Below are positions 1 to 11,422 of a stretch of 64,000 bases of DNA, piece by piece. The position numbers and the translations under genes are program-made. How positions within the stretch are numbered: the first letter of the stretch is position 1; each line of letters opens with the position of its first letter. The notes beneath the pieces were generated by a model that was given only the letters and a program-made list of their open reading frames with translations, did not search any database and was not told where the DNA came from. Location of the stretch: positions 96,001 through 160,000 of the forward strand of contig JBFMAF010000028.1 in assembly GCA_040755995.1 (NCBI GenBank), given 5' to 3'. Source of the DNA: Acidobacteriota bacterium. Lineage in GTDB: Bacteria; Acidobacteriota; CAIWXX01.

Positions 1-1
1 G

Positions 2-664
2 GTCGCGCGCCTCAGGCAGGAGATCGGGATGTTCGTCGATCCCGAGAAGATGCGCTCCGAATCCTCACCCGTCAAGCCGCAGCGGCTGATGAGCGACCTG
101 CAGGAAGCGATGCCGGAGGACGCGCTGCTGTTCGTCGACACCGGGAACTGCCTGCTCTGGGCCGGCCACTACCTCACCATCAGGAGGCCGAACTCATTTG
201 TGGCCGAGTACGGACTGCTCAGCATGGGCTACGGCATGGCCGCCCCGATCGGCGGGAAGCTCGCCGCGCCGGATCGGCCCGTGATTTCGGTCGCCGGCGA
301 TGGCGCGTTTCTGATGAACGGCACCGAGGTCGCCACGGCGGTGAACTACGACATACCCGTCGTATGGATCATCCAGAACAACGCCCGGCTCGCGCTGATC
401 CATGTGCTTCAGAAGGCCGTCCTGGGCGCCGACGAGAAGATCACGCCGTTCAAGAGAATCGACTGCGCGCGCGTGGCCGAGGGGCTCGGCGCCGTGGGGT
501 ATCGTATCGAGAAACCGGGCGAGCTCGTCAAGGTTCTGCCCGAAGCGTTGGCGACACGCAGGCCGGCCGTGATCGACTGCATCATCGATGACACAGAGGT
601 ACCTCCGCTGGGCGCCTTCATCGAAGGCCTCCAGCAGTTCGCGCACCGCCTCGAAATGATGTGA
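2..664 (+). CDS. Thiamine pyrophosphate-binding enzyme (acetolactate synthase-like), C-terminal part; 5' end lies outside the window
   Basis: TPP motif GDGAFLMNGTE...IIQNN and SMGYG..APIG. The frame is open back to the window edge. Confidence 0.9.
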   Translation, partial: VARLRQEIGMFVDPEKMRSESSPVKPQRLMSDLQEAMPEDALLFVDTGNCLLWAGHYLTIRRPNSFVAEYGLLSMGYGMAAPIGGKLAAPDRPVISVAGDGAFLMNGTEVATAVNYDIPVVWIIQNNARLALIHVLQKAVLGADEKITPFKRIDCARVAEGLGAVGYRIEKPGELVKVLPEALATRRPAVIDCIIDDTEVPPLGAFIEGLQQFAHRLEMM

Positions 665-722
665 GCGAAGGGAAGTCTGCTCGCAGCCCATAGCGCCCGC
701 GTGGCGCGAACTCGTCGGGCCC

Positions 723-1109
723 CTACGCGAGCTCCAGGTCGGTCTGCGCGAAATCATCGCCTGTGCACAGAAGGGGCTGAGCTGCCAGCTTGGACGTGGC
801 GTATGAGAGGCAATCGCCGAAGTTGAGCGCAGCCGGGTGCCGGCCTTTGCCGTACCGGGCGTACGCGTCAACAGCTTCCTGCCAGTGCGCCTCGCCGAAC
901 GGGACGACGCTGATCCCGAACTCCTGCATGAATCGGCTGAGTCGGCCGAGGGGATCGAATGGGAACCGTGCAAGCACTACGATTCCGGTCTCCGTCAGCG
1001 TTGGGGCTCCAATCCCGATGAACTCCGCTTCCACCAGCCGCTTGATGACGCGCTCATACTCTGGTTCCCTCATCAGCACGCAGACCACGGCCGAGCTATC
1101 GACGATCAA
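723..1109 (-). CDS. vapC: Type II TA toxin, VapC/PIN-domain ribonuclease
   Basis: MIVDSSAV start and HPAALNFGDCLSYA...LLCTGDDFAQTD; overlaps the antitoxin stop codon. Confidence 0.95.
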   Translation of the reverse strand: MIVDSSAVVCVLMREPEYERVIKRLVEAEFIGIGAPTLTETGIVVLARFPFDPLGRLSRFMQEFGISVVPFGEAHWQEAVDAYARYGKGRHPAALNFGDCLSYATSKLAAQPLLCTGDDFAQTDLELA

Positions 1110-1378
1110 ACACCCTCCGGCCCATATCCGAGTATCTCGTCCTCCGCCTCTCGGTCACGGGGACGGTCGAGTAGCTCCTGCGGGAGGTGTGCCCATACCT
1201 CCGTCTCGAGGAACCGCATCGCATCTGCCAGGCGGTCCCTCCGGACCACGCGAAAGGAAAGCCTCTGTCTCCTCTCGTCCAGTGCTCTCCGGATCGCCTC
1301 GGTCTTCGTTTCTCCCGTCATGCTTGCGATCTCGGTCACAAGTCGCTCGACTTCGCTGTTCTTTATGTTAAGGGCCAC
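1106..1378 (-). CDS. vapB: Type II TA antitoxin, VapB family
   Basis: (M)ALNIKNSEVERL...TGETKTEAIRRAL...EILGYGPEGV, directly upstream of vapC. Probable GTG start at 1378. Confidence 0.9.
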   Translation of the reverse strand: MALNIKNSEVERLVTEIASMTGETKTEAIRRALDERRQRLSFRVVRRDRLADAMRFLETEVWAHLPQELLDRPRDREAEDEILGYGPEGV

Positions 1379-1559
1379 ATCCACCAACTAAGAAATCGTA
1401 CCAACCATGGTAGAAAATGTCAACCTATCCACCCGATTTCAGTCGAGTACATCGCCCCGATTCCCGGCAGCACGCCTGCGCTGACAGCGGTAACGGTATC
1501 GAGACTGCGGTCTTCCATCTTTCGAGAACAGTTGGTTGAGAAGGGAGTAAGCCTGATGG

Positions 1560-4500
1560 GTTTCAATTCCCCGAAGGGATGTCTCATCGTTTCCATGGAC
1601 CCATGCCGTGCATCACGTGTGGATCATCATGGGTTTCAATTCCCCGAAGGGATGTCTCATCGTTTCCATCTCCCGCTCGACTACCGCCACCTGGCCAGCG
1701 CAAGCGTTTCAATTCCCCGAAGGGATGTCTCATCGTTTCCATACAAATCATAGCCATTTGGCCACATGCAGCTCCTGCCTCGTTTCAATTCCCCGAAGGG
1801 ATGTCTCATCGTTTCCATACACAACACTGCTCGCGCCCGAGGACCACGATTTGCCGTTTCAATTCCCCGAAGGGATGTCTCATCGTTTCCATGATAGAGA
1901 CGGCCTCGTCTCGGGGTAGCTGGCCGAGAGGTTTCAATTCCCCGAAGGGATGTCTCATCGTTTCCATGCACCTGCAGTCCGATGAATTCGCCCGACTAGT
2001 TCAGGGTTTCAATTCCCCGAAGGGATGTCTCATCGTTTCCATCAGCCAGCCATCCGTGGCAGTGTGTGGGGGTTCACATGTTTCAATTCCCCGAAGGGAT
2101 GTCTCATCGTTTCCATTTTGCGAATCATCATCTCAGTTATGCCCATCTGCGACGTTTCAATTCCCCGAAGGGATGTCTCATCGTTTCCATACCATTCGCG
2201 AAGCTGATCCTGCCTATGGGATTGGACGTTTCAATTCCCCGAAGGGATGTCTCATCGTTTCCATGGAGGGTGTGACCTATATCTTGGCTGTGAGACACGC
2301 AGTTTCAATTCCCCGAAGGGATGTCTCATCGTTTCCATCGGAGCGCCGAGGATCGCTAGGAACACCTCGATGAAGTTTCAATTCCCCGAAGGGATGTCTC
2401 ATCGTTTCCATCTAGGGACGGGAGGATTTTCATGAGTATTGACCTAGAGGGTTTCAATTCCCGGAAGGGATGTCTCATCGTTTCCATGTCCGGGATGGTG
2501 GGACGTGGATTGCCAAGAGCCGCGGTATGTTTCAATTCCCCGAAGGGATGTCTCATCGTTTCCATATACTTTCCCTTGATGTGGTACTGACCCGGGATGC
2601 AGGTTTCAATTCCCCGAAGGGATGTCTCATCGTTTCCATCTCGATACTCGGGTCAGACTGTGAATCGCCTCATGCTCCGTTTCAATTCCCCGAAGGGATG
2701 TCTCATCGTTTCCATTGACGGCAGGGGCGTATGCGGCGTAGGCCTTGTCGGTTTCAATTCCCCGAAGGGATGTCTCATCGTTTCCATTTATCCGATCACG
2801 CGTCTCACCCATCGGTTTGTATCCGGTTTCAATTCCCCGAAGGGATGTCTCATCGTTTCCATGTGAGCTGCCGTCGAGCGATGTCGTGATACTCAATTAT
2901 GTTTCAATTCCCCGAAGGGATGTCTCATCGTTTCCATTGCCATCATTGATTATCTCGGTATCACGCCTCTGCAGTTTCAATTCCCCGAAGGGATGTCTCA
3001 TCGTTTCCATTAACAGATATGCCCATCCTCGACTCCAGGGGCATTGATGTTTCAATTCCCCGAAGGGATGTCTCATCGTTTCCATGGTGCTGGACAGCGA
3101 GCATCTCGGGAGGTATACCGGCCAGGTTTCAATTCCCCGAAGGGATGTCTCATCGTTTCCATTCAGTGGGACTTCCATGTATCCTGCGACCTGCACAGTG
3201 GTTTCAATTCCCCGAAGGGATGTCTCATCGTTTCCATCCATCCGACGAGCGTCAGCTGGTCGCGTCTCATGTCTGTTTCAATTCCCCGAAGGGATGTCTC
3301 ATCGTTTCCATTTGGAAGTGTGGGAAATGGTCCTCAACCACGTACCAGTGTTTCAATTCCCCGAAGGGATGTCTCATCGTTTCCATGGCGGAGGCCTTGG
3401 CGCGCTCGGCGGAGGCCTTGGCGGTTTCAATTCCCCGAAGGGATGTCTCATCGTTTCCATGGAGGAGTGACATGAGACACATGAGACGCGACCAGCTGTT
3501 TCAATTCCCCGAAGGGATGTCTCATCGTTTCCATGATGCTGAGATTGATGCTCTCTCCCCGCCCTCGCTTATGTTTCAATTCCCCGAAGGGATGTCTCAT
3601 CGTTTCCATATCCGGACGCATTACGAGGCGCTGATCCAGGCGATTGAGGGTTTCAATTCCCCGAAGGGATGTCTCATCGTTTCCATACGCGGATGGCCGC
3701 GCCGCTGCATCATGATAGCCCTCCGTTTCAATTCCCCGAAGGGATGTCTCATCGTTTCCATTTTGGCCGTGTCAGTCTCTGAATGAAGCTTCTCCATCTG
3801 TTTCAATTCCCCGAAGGGATATCTCATCGTTTCCATTCCTACGGTGAGGAGGATTGCAACCTATCCCCTGCGCAAGTTTCAATTCCCCGAAGGGATGTCT
3901 CATCGTTTCCATTGGGCCTGATCTCCAGGCCCGATCAGGAGCAGGTGGGGTTTCAATTCCCCGAAGGGATGTCTCATCGTTTCCATAGATCGATCTGTCC
4001 ATCATCCATCACGAGCGGGCTGGTTTCAATTCCCCGAAGGGATGTCTCATCGTTTCCATGGCGAGATCCCGCGCGAGGCTGTCCATCCGCTGGTCCTCCG
4101 TTTCAATTCCCCGAAGGGATGTCTCATCGTTTCCATCTCCGAGCTCGGTAGCCTATCCCCAGGGCGGGGACACATCGTTTCAATTCCCCGAAGGGATGTC
4201 TCATCGTTTCCATTGAGTACGATCCACGCCGGAACAGGTTCGTCGTGAAGGTTTCAATTCCCCGAAGGGATGTCTCATCGTTTCCATAGTCACAGGACTC
4301 GGCTCGCCCATCGGCCATGGCATCAGAGTTTCAATTCCCCGAAGGGATGTCTCATCGTTTCCATACTGTGGCAGGCAGCGCACAACGCTATCCGGCCCAC
4401 CCGTTTCAATTCCCCGAAGGGATGTCTCATCGTTTCCATCAAACAAAAGTTTCACGGCGCTCGAAGCATTTCTCAGGTTTCAATTCCCCGAAGGGATGTC

Positions 4501-6383
4501 TCATCGTTTCCATGATGCCGATCGAGGTCAGGGAATGAGTATCTTCAAGGTTTCAATTCCCCGAAGGGATGTCTCATCGTTTCCATCGAGATCCTGTATC
4601 AAGAGGAGGAGGACGGCACATTCCGTTTCAATTCCCCGAAGGGATGTCTCATCGTTTCCATGCGCAGGGAATGCGAGGAGACGGTGCGTTTCCTCGCCGT
4701 TTCAATTCCCCGAAGGGATGTCTCATCGTTTCCATCATCCACTGGTAGCCTAAGACGAATGCGAGGCAGCGCATCGTTTCAATTCCCCGAAGGGATGTCT
4801 CATCGTTTCCATGCCGCCAATCGAGCAACTGACGCATCCTGCCGTTGTAAGTTTCAATTCCCCGAAGGGATGTCTCATCGTTTCCATGGGCTCGCGCTAC
4901 TGATTGCCAGCGGCGCGGCGAGTTACGTTTCAATTCCCCGAAGGGATGTCTCATCGTTTCCATACGCGACCAATGCATCATGGCATGCGAGTGCAGTAGT
5001 GTTTCAATTCCCCGAAGGGATGTCTCATCGTTTCCATACGTGATCGTCGAATGCCATCACTCGCAGCGCATTGCGTTTCAATTCCCCGAAGGGATGTCTC
5101 ATCGTTTCCATCGGTGCACTCCACCCTTCGAGGCATGTCTCTCCGGTGTTTCAATTCCCCGAAGGGATGTCTCATCGTTTCCATCTGAATGATCGCGGTT
5201 CGCTGGTCTGCCGGCGGTGTCCGTTTCAATTCCCCGAAGGGATGTCTCATCGTTTCCATCTGCTCGTAGGCGTCCCGCGCCTGCTCGTAGGCATCCGTTT
5301 CAATTCCCCGAAGGGATGTCTCATCGTTTCCATGGCGCTGGAGCACCCAGGAACGCATCCCACACCGTCCCGTTTCAATTCCCCGAAGGGATGTCTCATC
5401 GTTTCCATCGGGCATCACAGACAAGGCGTATCGGGCCGGCTCTCGCGGTTTCAATTCCCCGAAGGGATGTCTCATCGTTTCCATTCTGACGGTCGCGATC
5501 GAGCCGATGGGTCTGGAGGTCCTCGGGTTTCAATTCCCCGAAGGGATGTCTCATCGTTTCCATCCAGAGGAGCCGACAATCGAGGAGACGCCAGTTGAGG
5601 CGTTTCAATTCCCCGAAGGGATGTCTCATCGTTTCCATCTAGGATCGCCAGCAGCGAGGCCCACCACGCCGCGCAGGTTTCAATTCCCCGAAGGGATGTC
5701 TCATCGTTTCCATCACTTGTTGCCACTTGAACCCGTCGCCAAGGATCGCAAGTTTCAATTCCCCGAAGGGATGTCTCATCGTTTCCATCCTTGCCTAAGT
5801 ATTTCGTGAGTTTCGGTTCTTGTCGTTTCAATTCCCCGAAGGGATGTCTCATCGTTTCCATCGTTGCTGCGCCTCGATCGCCAACGCCATCAGTCGCTCG
5901 TTTCAATTCCCCGAAGGGATGTCTCATCGTTTCCATGCCGCTTACGATACCAGGCCGCTTCCTCGGGCGACAAGTTTCAATTCCCCGAAGGGATGTCTCA
6001 TCGTTTCCATTCGGCACGATATCGCTGAGCGTGCTCTTGTAGTCGACGTTTCAATTCCCCGAAGGGATGTCTCATCGTTTCCATGAAGGCGACACATTCA
6101 GTTTCTCTCGCGGCCTCGAACGTTTCAATTCCCCGAAGGGATGTCTCATCGTTTCCATATTGGGTTCTGTGGCAGGATTGCGAGCCGGACCTTGCCGGTT
6201 TCAATTCCCCGAAGGGATGTCTCATCGTTTCCATAGTCGGGTCGAGCTCCGGCTCTGCTGGCCGGCGATCCGTTTCAATTCCCCGAAGGGATGTCTCATC
6301 GTTTCCATTGCGATGGGGGCAATCCGCGTTGGTGGTCAGCATCCAAGTTTCAATTCCCCGAAGGGATGTCTCATCGTTTCCAT
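1560..6383 (-). CRISPR. CRISPR array, 65 repeats and 64 spacers. 37-nt repeat ATGGAAACGATGAGACATCCCTTCGGGGAATTGAAAC (minus strand).
   Basis: Repeats counted by eye from 1560 to 6347, period about 75 nt, with unique spacers. The minus-strand repeat has a TCCC-TTCG-GGGA hairpin and ends in the ATTGAAAC handle, and is co-oriented with the cas genes. Single-base variants at the repeats starting 2451 and 3800. Confidence 0.99.
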
Positions 6384-6618
6384 GGCGCCCAGATAGTTGT
6401 ATGTGATGCCAGGCGTTGCTGGTCTTGTTGCGAGAGGGTCGTGGTTCGCCCGATCTCGACGACCATTTGAGCACGGGCTCATTGATCACATCGCAGTACT
6501 CCCCCCGCCGTTGCATGGAGTTACCCTGTGCACGAGAGGTCACGGGTGTTCCCGTTGCTGATCGACCTCTCGCGGCGTCGCGCCGGCCTGGTCCGCTCGT
6601 CCATCGCACATCACCTCC
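6384..6618 (-). promoter_or_regulatory. CRISPR leader
   Basis: Non-coding segment between the cas2 stop and the first repeat; contains inverted repeat CGAGAGGTC/GACCTCTCG (6533-6572). Confidence 0.75.
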
Positions 6619-6897
6619 TCAGACGATCAAGTCCTGCTTTTCGAGCAGGCCTTTGCTGATGCCGATCCTTTCGAGTCCCCGATGGCATGCGGAGCACAAA
6701 TGGTAGATCACCACCGAATCCTCCCTCTTGTCCATCAGAGATTCGAGCCTGTGTCGCATCCGGACCAGTTGTTGTTCGTCCAGTGCGCATTCGAAGACGC
6801 TGTATTGCGTCCAGACTCCGAAGCTCATCAGCGCCCGGTGGACGGCATTCCTGCGCTTGTCGTCCTCGATATCATAGGCCACAACGAAGCTCGACAT
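6619..6897 (-). CDS. cas2: CRISPR-associated endoribonuclease Cas2
   Basis: VVAYDIEDDKRR...QYSVFEC...EDSVVIY. Confidence 0.97.
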   Translation of the reverse strand: MSSFVVAYDIEDDKRRNAVHRALMSFGVWTQYSVFECALDEQQLVRMRHRLESLMDKREDSVVIYHLCSACHRGLERIGISKGLLEKQDLIV

Positions 6898-6950
6898 TGC
6901 ACTGCTTCCTCACCCACCACGGCCCGGCCTGTCATGGGTCGCCATCACGG

Positions 6951-8651
6951 TCACCTCACCACCAATGGATAGTACGAGTCGATCTCGCCGGAGAGGTACT
7001 TGGCCAGAATCCTGGCCTGGAGCTCCATAGCCCGGCGATATGGCAGCCGGTAGGAGAATACCGGATGTGTGATCCGATCGCTCTTCCGCTGCTCGTAGAG
7101 GCGGTAGAATCTTTTCCGTGCCGTCTCGTTCATGTAGACGCCTCCCTCCCGGGTCTCAGAATCGTTCGGGGAGACCATTCCGTTGTTCACGAAGGTGAGC
7201 ACCACCGAATCCGCAACGATAGGGCGCATCTCCTCCATCAGGTCGAGCGCCAGGCATGGCCGGCCATACTTCGGCTGGTGGTAGAACCCGACATACGGGT
7301 CGAGCCCCACCGTGGCGATGGTCGAGATCATGTCCTTGGACAGCAGGGCGTAGGCGAACGAGAGTAGGGCGTTGACGGGATCGCGCGGCGGGCGACGGCT
7401 CCTCTTCTCGAAGGAGAAGCCCACGTCGCTCTTGAGCAGTTCGCCGAACACGCGAAAGTAGTCGCTGCTTCCGTTGCCTTCAATCCCGAGCAGCTGCTCC
7501 AGACCCGTGGCGCGGTCCACCTCTTGCAGCCGCATGCGGATTCTCGTGATGCTCTGATGGACGGAGGGGCTCTGCAACGTCCGGTTGTAGCGGAGGAGCA
7601 GGCTGCGCATGTTGGCGAGCTTCGCAGTCACGAACTGCCTGGCCAGCGGGAGGGCTTTCTCGATGTCGGATGAAGCCCGGTGCTGGGCGATCCGCAGGAT
7701 CGAGTTCCTGGAGAACTCAGGGACCAGCGTCCCCTCGTAGTTGCCTCCTGCCGACATGAACACCACGGGTATTCCGCGACCGAGCAGGAACCTCAAGGCC
7801 GGTGTAGTGAATCCCACATTCCCGCCCAGGACCACCTGGTCCACGTTGATCGCCGGCAGGTCGCGCAGGACCTCCTCTCGTGCGCCATCCTCTCGCTTAG
7901 CGACGACGAGGCGCTCATCTGTCTTCCGGATGTAGGCTCCCTGCGTGTCCACATATAGCACATGCTCCATGCCGAGGGAGGGGACCGGGCGCCTGGGCCT
8001 GATCTGGGCACCTTCCGGAGATGGGCGACTCGGCGTCTGCCCGGTCTGCCCGGAGATGCCATCGCCTTGGGCCTGCAAGAGCGCCGTCTCGGCCGGGAGA
8101 CAGATCGGCCTGATGCTGCAGCCGTTGCAGCGGTTGTTATCGAGCGCCGGAGGGATGGCGGGATGGGCCACCAGATCGTGCGCGCGAGAGATGATGTCGA
8201 GAGTCGTGCTGCGCAGCGCCTGGTCGAAGGCCACCTCCTTGCGCCGGTGAGACCCGATGTAGAACAGGTCGCCCGAGGAGACGGAGATGCCTCGGAGCTC
8301 CTCGACGCAGAGTGCTTCCGCGCAGAGCTGGACCTTGTCGTTCAGCCAGTCCCCGAGGTGTCCGCGCTTGTACTCGATCGGCCTCACCACTCCGTTTTCT
8401 TCCTCTATCAAGTCAGCGTAGCCGCTCACTCCCAGCTTCTCGGATGCAACGTAGACCTGCCGGGAGATGGTCTTATCGCCGCGCTTGAGCCCGTAGGCTT
8501 CCTCGTTCACCGCTTGGTGCTTCTGTGCGCCGTCCTCGATGAACTCGTTGCGCCGCTCCTCCCCTTCGATGAATTCGTAGAAGAAGCGGCGGGGACAGTA
8601 GACGAAGGTGTTCAGTTTCGAGATCGGAATGAACACACGTTCGCCATCCAT
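6951..8651 (-). CDS. cas4/cas1: Cas4-Cas1 fusion
   Basis: N-terminal Cas4 (YCPRR, ADLIE, PIEYKRG, QLCA, CNGCSIRPIC Fe-S cysteines), then a linker, then Cas1 (LLGIEG, RSRRPPRDPVNALLSFAY, GFYH, LALDLMEE). Confidence 0.96.
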   Translation of the reverse strand: MDGERVFIPISKLNTFVYCPRRFFYEFIEGEERRNEFIEDGAQKHQAVNEEAYGLKRGDKTISRQVYVASEKLGVSGYADLIEEENGVVRPIEYKRGHLGDWLNDKVQLCAEALCVEELRGISVSSGDLFYIGSHRRKEVAFDQALRSTTLDIISRAHDLVAHPAIPPALDNNRCNGCSIRPICLPAETALLQAQGDGISGQTGQTPSRPSPEGAQIRPRRPVPSLGMEHVLYVDTQGAYIRKTDERLVVAKREDGAREEVLRDLPAINVDQVVLGGNVGFTTPALRFLLGRGIPVVFMSAGGNYEGTLVPEFSRNSILRIAQHRASSDIEKALPLARQFVTAKLANMRSLLLRYNRTLQSPSVHQSITRIRMRLQEVDRATGLEQLLGIEGNGSSDYFRVFGELLKSDVGFSFEKRSRRPPRDPVNALLSFAYALLSKDMISTIATVGLDPYVGFYHQPKYGRPCLALDLMEEMRPIVADSVVLTFVNNGMVSPNDSETREGGVYMNETARKRFYRLYEQRKSDRITHPVFSYRLPYRRAMELQARILAKYLSGEIDSYYPLVVR

Positions 8652-8662
8652 CGGAGCTGCGC

Positions 8663-9538
8663 CTATCTCTCACCCCGGCGGGCCGTCCCGACCCGTCTGG
8701 TCTGCCCCATGCCCATGGTGGTCTTGTACCCGGTGCCGCAATAGAAAGCGAAGGACGCCAGCGCGTCGAGCTGTCTGCACATCTCGCCGGCGTCGACTTC
8801 GGCGAAACTCGTCCCCCGGGCCGGACCTATTACCCACTCGACCCTGCCCACGAAGCCGGTCTTACGATACGCCCCGAAGTCGAGTGATCGAGTCTCTATG
8901 TTGGCCCGTCGGAGTTGTGCAGTCTGTTGGACGAATTCCAGCAACCGATCTCGCTCGAAGCTGAGCGCAGGCGGGGCGAATCGGTTCCAGCGGCTGACCC
9001 ATGATTGCACACAATGCCACAGGCTCGGCTCCGCGACATTCCGCGAACGCCCGCGCGACTCCGTGACACGAAAGCACGTAGGCGAATAGAAGCGCATCGC
9101 CAGACCATCTACCGGCTTGGCCTCCTCCCACAGCTTCTCGAACGTGGCGAACCCGCTCCATTTCGTATCCTGGCTCGAGGTGCTCGTTACCCGCATCACC
9201 GTGAACGTCACCTCCTCGAGCGGAAGCACGGCAGACGCAGTCTCGAGGAAGAACCTCGAAACGGTCTCATACAGGGCGTCTGCGAGGAATGTGAACCTCA
9301 GCCAGTACTCGCCACCCACCTGCATGCGCACCCGCCCAGTACCATCCGATTCCAGTGGGCCCTGAAGCGGAGACACAGTGAAGGGCTTCTCGGACTCCGT
9401 GTCATGCATCTCAGCGGCGAGCTCCGGATCCGCTGCCTTGACGATTCCCAGCAACGCCGCGTGTGCGTGCCGCCCCAGAGTAGCCGGGAGCACGGCGGGT
9501 CGCGCAGGCAGCAGCAGCACGACAAGGCTATGGAGCAC
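8663..9538 (-). CDS. cas6: CRISPR processing endoribonuclease Cas6
   Basis: KPFTVSPL, FYSPTCF, GFVG and the C-terminal glycine loop YCGTGYKTTMGMG. Confidence 0.95.
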   Translation of the reverse strand: MLHSLVVLLLPARPAVLPATLGRHAHAALLGIVKAADPELAAEMHDTESEKPFTVSPLQGPLESDGTGRVRMQVGGEYWLRFTFLADALYETVSRFFLETASAVLPLEEVTFTVMRVTSTSSQDTKWSGFATFEKLWEEAKPVDGLAMRFYSPTCFRVTESRGRSRNVAEPSLWHCVQSWVSRWNRFAPPALSFERDRLLEFVQQTAQLRRANIETRSLDFGAYRKTGFVGRVEWVIGPARGTSFAEVDAGEMCRQLDALASFAFYCGTGYKTTMGMGQTRRVGTARRGER

Positions 9539-9577
9539 TCTGCCTCCAGATGGGCATCCTGCTCCCCACCAGCCTAT

Positions 9578-11422
9578 TCATGAAGGCTCCTGTTCATCCA
9601 GCCCATCGCCGCCACCGTCGCTCCGTTCATCCTCCCGTGCGGACGGTGCCTCCTCTTCGGCATCAGGCCTCCAGCTCAGGTAATAGAGTCGCACGTCTTT
9701 CTTCTCGCCGTTGCTCCGGGGATAGCGCAACTCCTGGCGGTAGCCGTCGCGCCGCCCCCACACGAAAGGCTTGGGTACATCCACCCAACCCCGGGACGCA
9801 TCAAATGCATCGCGTTGGACCTCGATCACCAGATCGCGGAAATAGGCCCAGCCTCCCCATGCGAGCTCCTTCAGGGCGATTTCGTACTCGTTGCCCCATT
9901 TCCGGTTGAAGTACCTCACGTATACTCTGCAGTTCGAGTCGACCCTGTCGCGGGTCGTGGCGCACCGGCTGATCGGGACATTGACGGCGTGTCGCATGGA
10001 CTCCTTGTCAGTCGTCAGGGTGACGGTCGGTTCCCAGCTTCGCGTCACCACAAGTCCCTTGTCGTGGAGCGGCTTGTTCTCAAGCCTGCCCTCGTAGACA
10101 TACTCGAAGAGCATGTCGAACAGGACTTCAGTCCTGTAGTCGAACGCCACATGGCGCTCACTGAATTCCAGGAAATCTCCGGGATCGAACAACGACCCGT
10201 TCTTGCGTGACAGCACCTGTCTGTACTTGACTTCCTCTTCATCCCCGATCTCGGAGACGAAGTCCTGGATGGCATCCCCAACTACGACCACTTCAGCGCC
10301 CCGGCGGTCCCCGCGCCGATTACACCGCCCTGCACGCTGTATCAGACTCGCCGGGTTGCAGATCTCAGTGATCAGGTGGTCGGCGTTCAGATCGCAGCCC
10401 ACTTCGATGGCACTGGTCGTGACGAGCAGGTAGCCTCCTCCGTTCGCCTCACGTCGCTTCAACTCCTCGTATACCTTCTTGCGTTGATAGTCATCCAACC
10501 GGCCGTGGTACAGGAGTGGTTTCTGCCCGGCGGATTTGAGATGGTCCCAGACCTGCACCGCATCCTTGATCCGCTCCAGGGTCACGATGATCCGTAGGCC
10601 ATCTCCCACACGCTTCTCTACCTCGGCGGCAACAGCTTCGGCGATTGACCTAGCGCTTCTGCTCAGGGGCACGTAGCACAGCGTCTTGGAGAAGTCCGCC
10701 GACAGGTCCATCCGCTCGCGCCAAGTCCGCATCTCGTCACATCTCTCAGCGACGAAGTCGACCGGCTTGCCCAGGAAATGCAGTTCCCTCTGGTAGCTGT
10801 CCGGCATCGTTGCGGTCATTACCACTACGTCGAGACCCGCCGAATAGAGGGCCTTGAGCAGTCTGATGAAGTTGGTGAACGCCGTGTCCTCGTACGAATG
10901 GGCTTCGTCGAAGACGAACAGGTTGCGTCGCAGCCCGTGGAAGATCCGGAACGGGAATATGTAGCTCTTCCTCTCCTCTCCGAATCCGAAGAACCGGTAC
11001 AGGAACTTGTCGAGGGTGGATACGATGATGTCGCCATCGTACAGGTGCCGGCGCGGATTGAGGAGCGAGCCCTCAACTCTGCCGCCGTTCTCGTAGATGT
11101 GGCGCTGTGATGCAGCACCCGTGTCGACTACGAAGGAGAGGCGATTGCCCTTGCTCGACAGTTTGGCGAGCAGCGAATCTATCCTGCCCATCTGGTCCTC
11201 AACGAGACTGCGGGCAGGATAGATCATGAACAACCTGCGTTTGGCTTGGGCGTTCAGCACCGTCCACAGACTCGGCACTACAACTGCTTCCGTTTTCCCA
11301 GTGCCCGTGGCGGACTTGAGCAGTGTGGCGCAATCATCGCCGGTGACCAACTCCCACATGAGCGTCTGCATGGGATTCGGCTCGTAGCCACTGATCGATT
11401 TGAATTCGTCTAGGGACGCCAT
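9578..11422 (-). CDS. cas3: CRISPR-associated helicase Cas3' (no HD domain)
   Basis: SATGTGKT, DEAH, MTAT, YHGR, TSAIEVGCDL and QRAGRCNR. Walker A lies close to the likely ATG at 11422, leaving no room for an HD domain. Confidence 0.93.
   Translation of the reverse strand: MASLDEFKSISGYEPNPMQTLMWELVTGDDCATLLKSATGTGKTEAVVVPSLWTVLNAQAKRRLFMIYPARSLVEDQMGRIDSLLAKLSSKGNRLSFVVDTGAASQRHIYENGGRVEGSLLNPRRHLYDGDIIVSTLDKFLYRFFGFGEERKSYIFPFRIFHGLRRNLFVFDEAHSYEDTAFTNFIRLLKALYSAGLDVVVMTATMPDSYQRELHFLGKPVDFVAERCDEMRTWRERMDLSADFSKTLCYVPLSRSARSIAEAVAAEVEKRVGDGLRIIVTLERIKDAVQVWDHLKSAGQKPLLYHGRLDDYQRKKVYEELKRREANGGGYLLVTTSAIEVGCDLNADHLITEICNPASLIQRAGRCNRRGDRRGAEVVVVGDAIQDFVSEIGDEEEVKYRQVLSRKNGSLFDPGDFLEFSERHVAFDYRTEVLFDMLFEYVYEGRLENKPLHDKGLVVTRSWEPTVTLTTDKESMRHAVNVPISRCATTRDRVDSNCRVYVRYFNRKWGNEYEIALKELAWGGWAYFRDLVIEVQRDAFDASRGWVDVPKPFVWGRRDGYRQELRYPRSNGEKKDVRLYYLSWRPDAEEEAPSAREDERSDGGGDGLDEQEPS

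Noticed and set aside
1482..1518. Possible degenerate terminal repeat ending TCTTCCAT, one spacer-length before the repeat at 1560
   Set aside because: Only the last few bases match, so it was not counted.
1597..6346. Self-targeting spacers
   Set aside because: No match within this window was noticed by eye; an alignment is needed to exclude it.
1187..6706. Dozens of ORFs across the array
   Set aside because: They are translations of CRISPR repeats (FQFPEGMSHRFH, METMRHPFGELK and similar).
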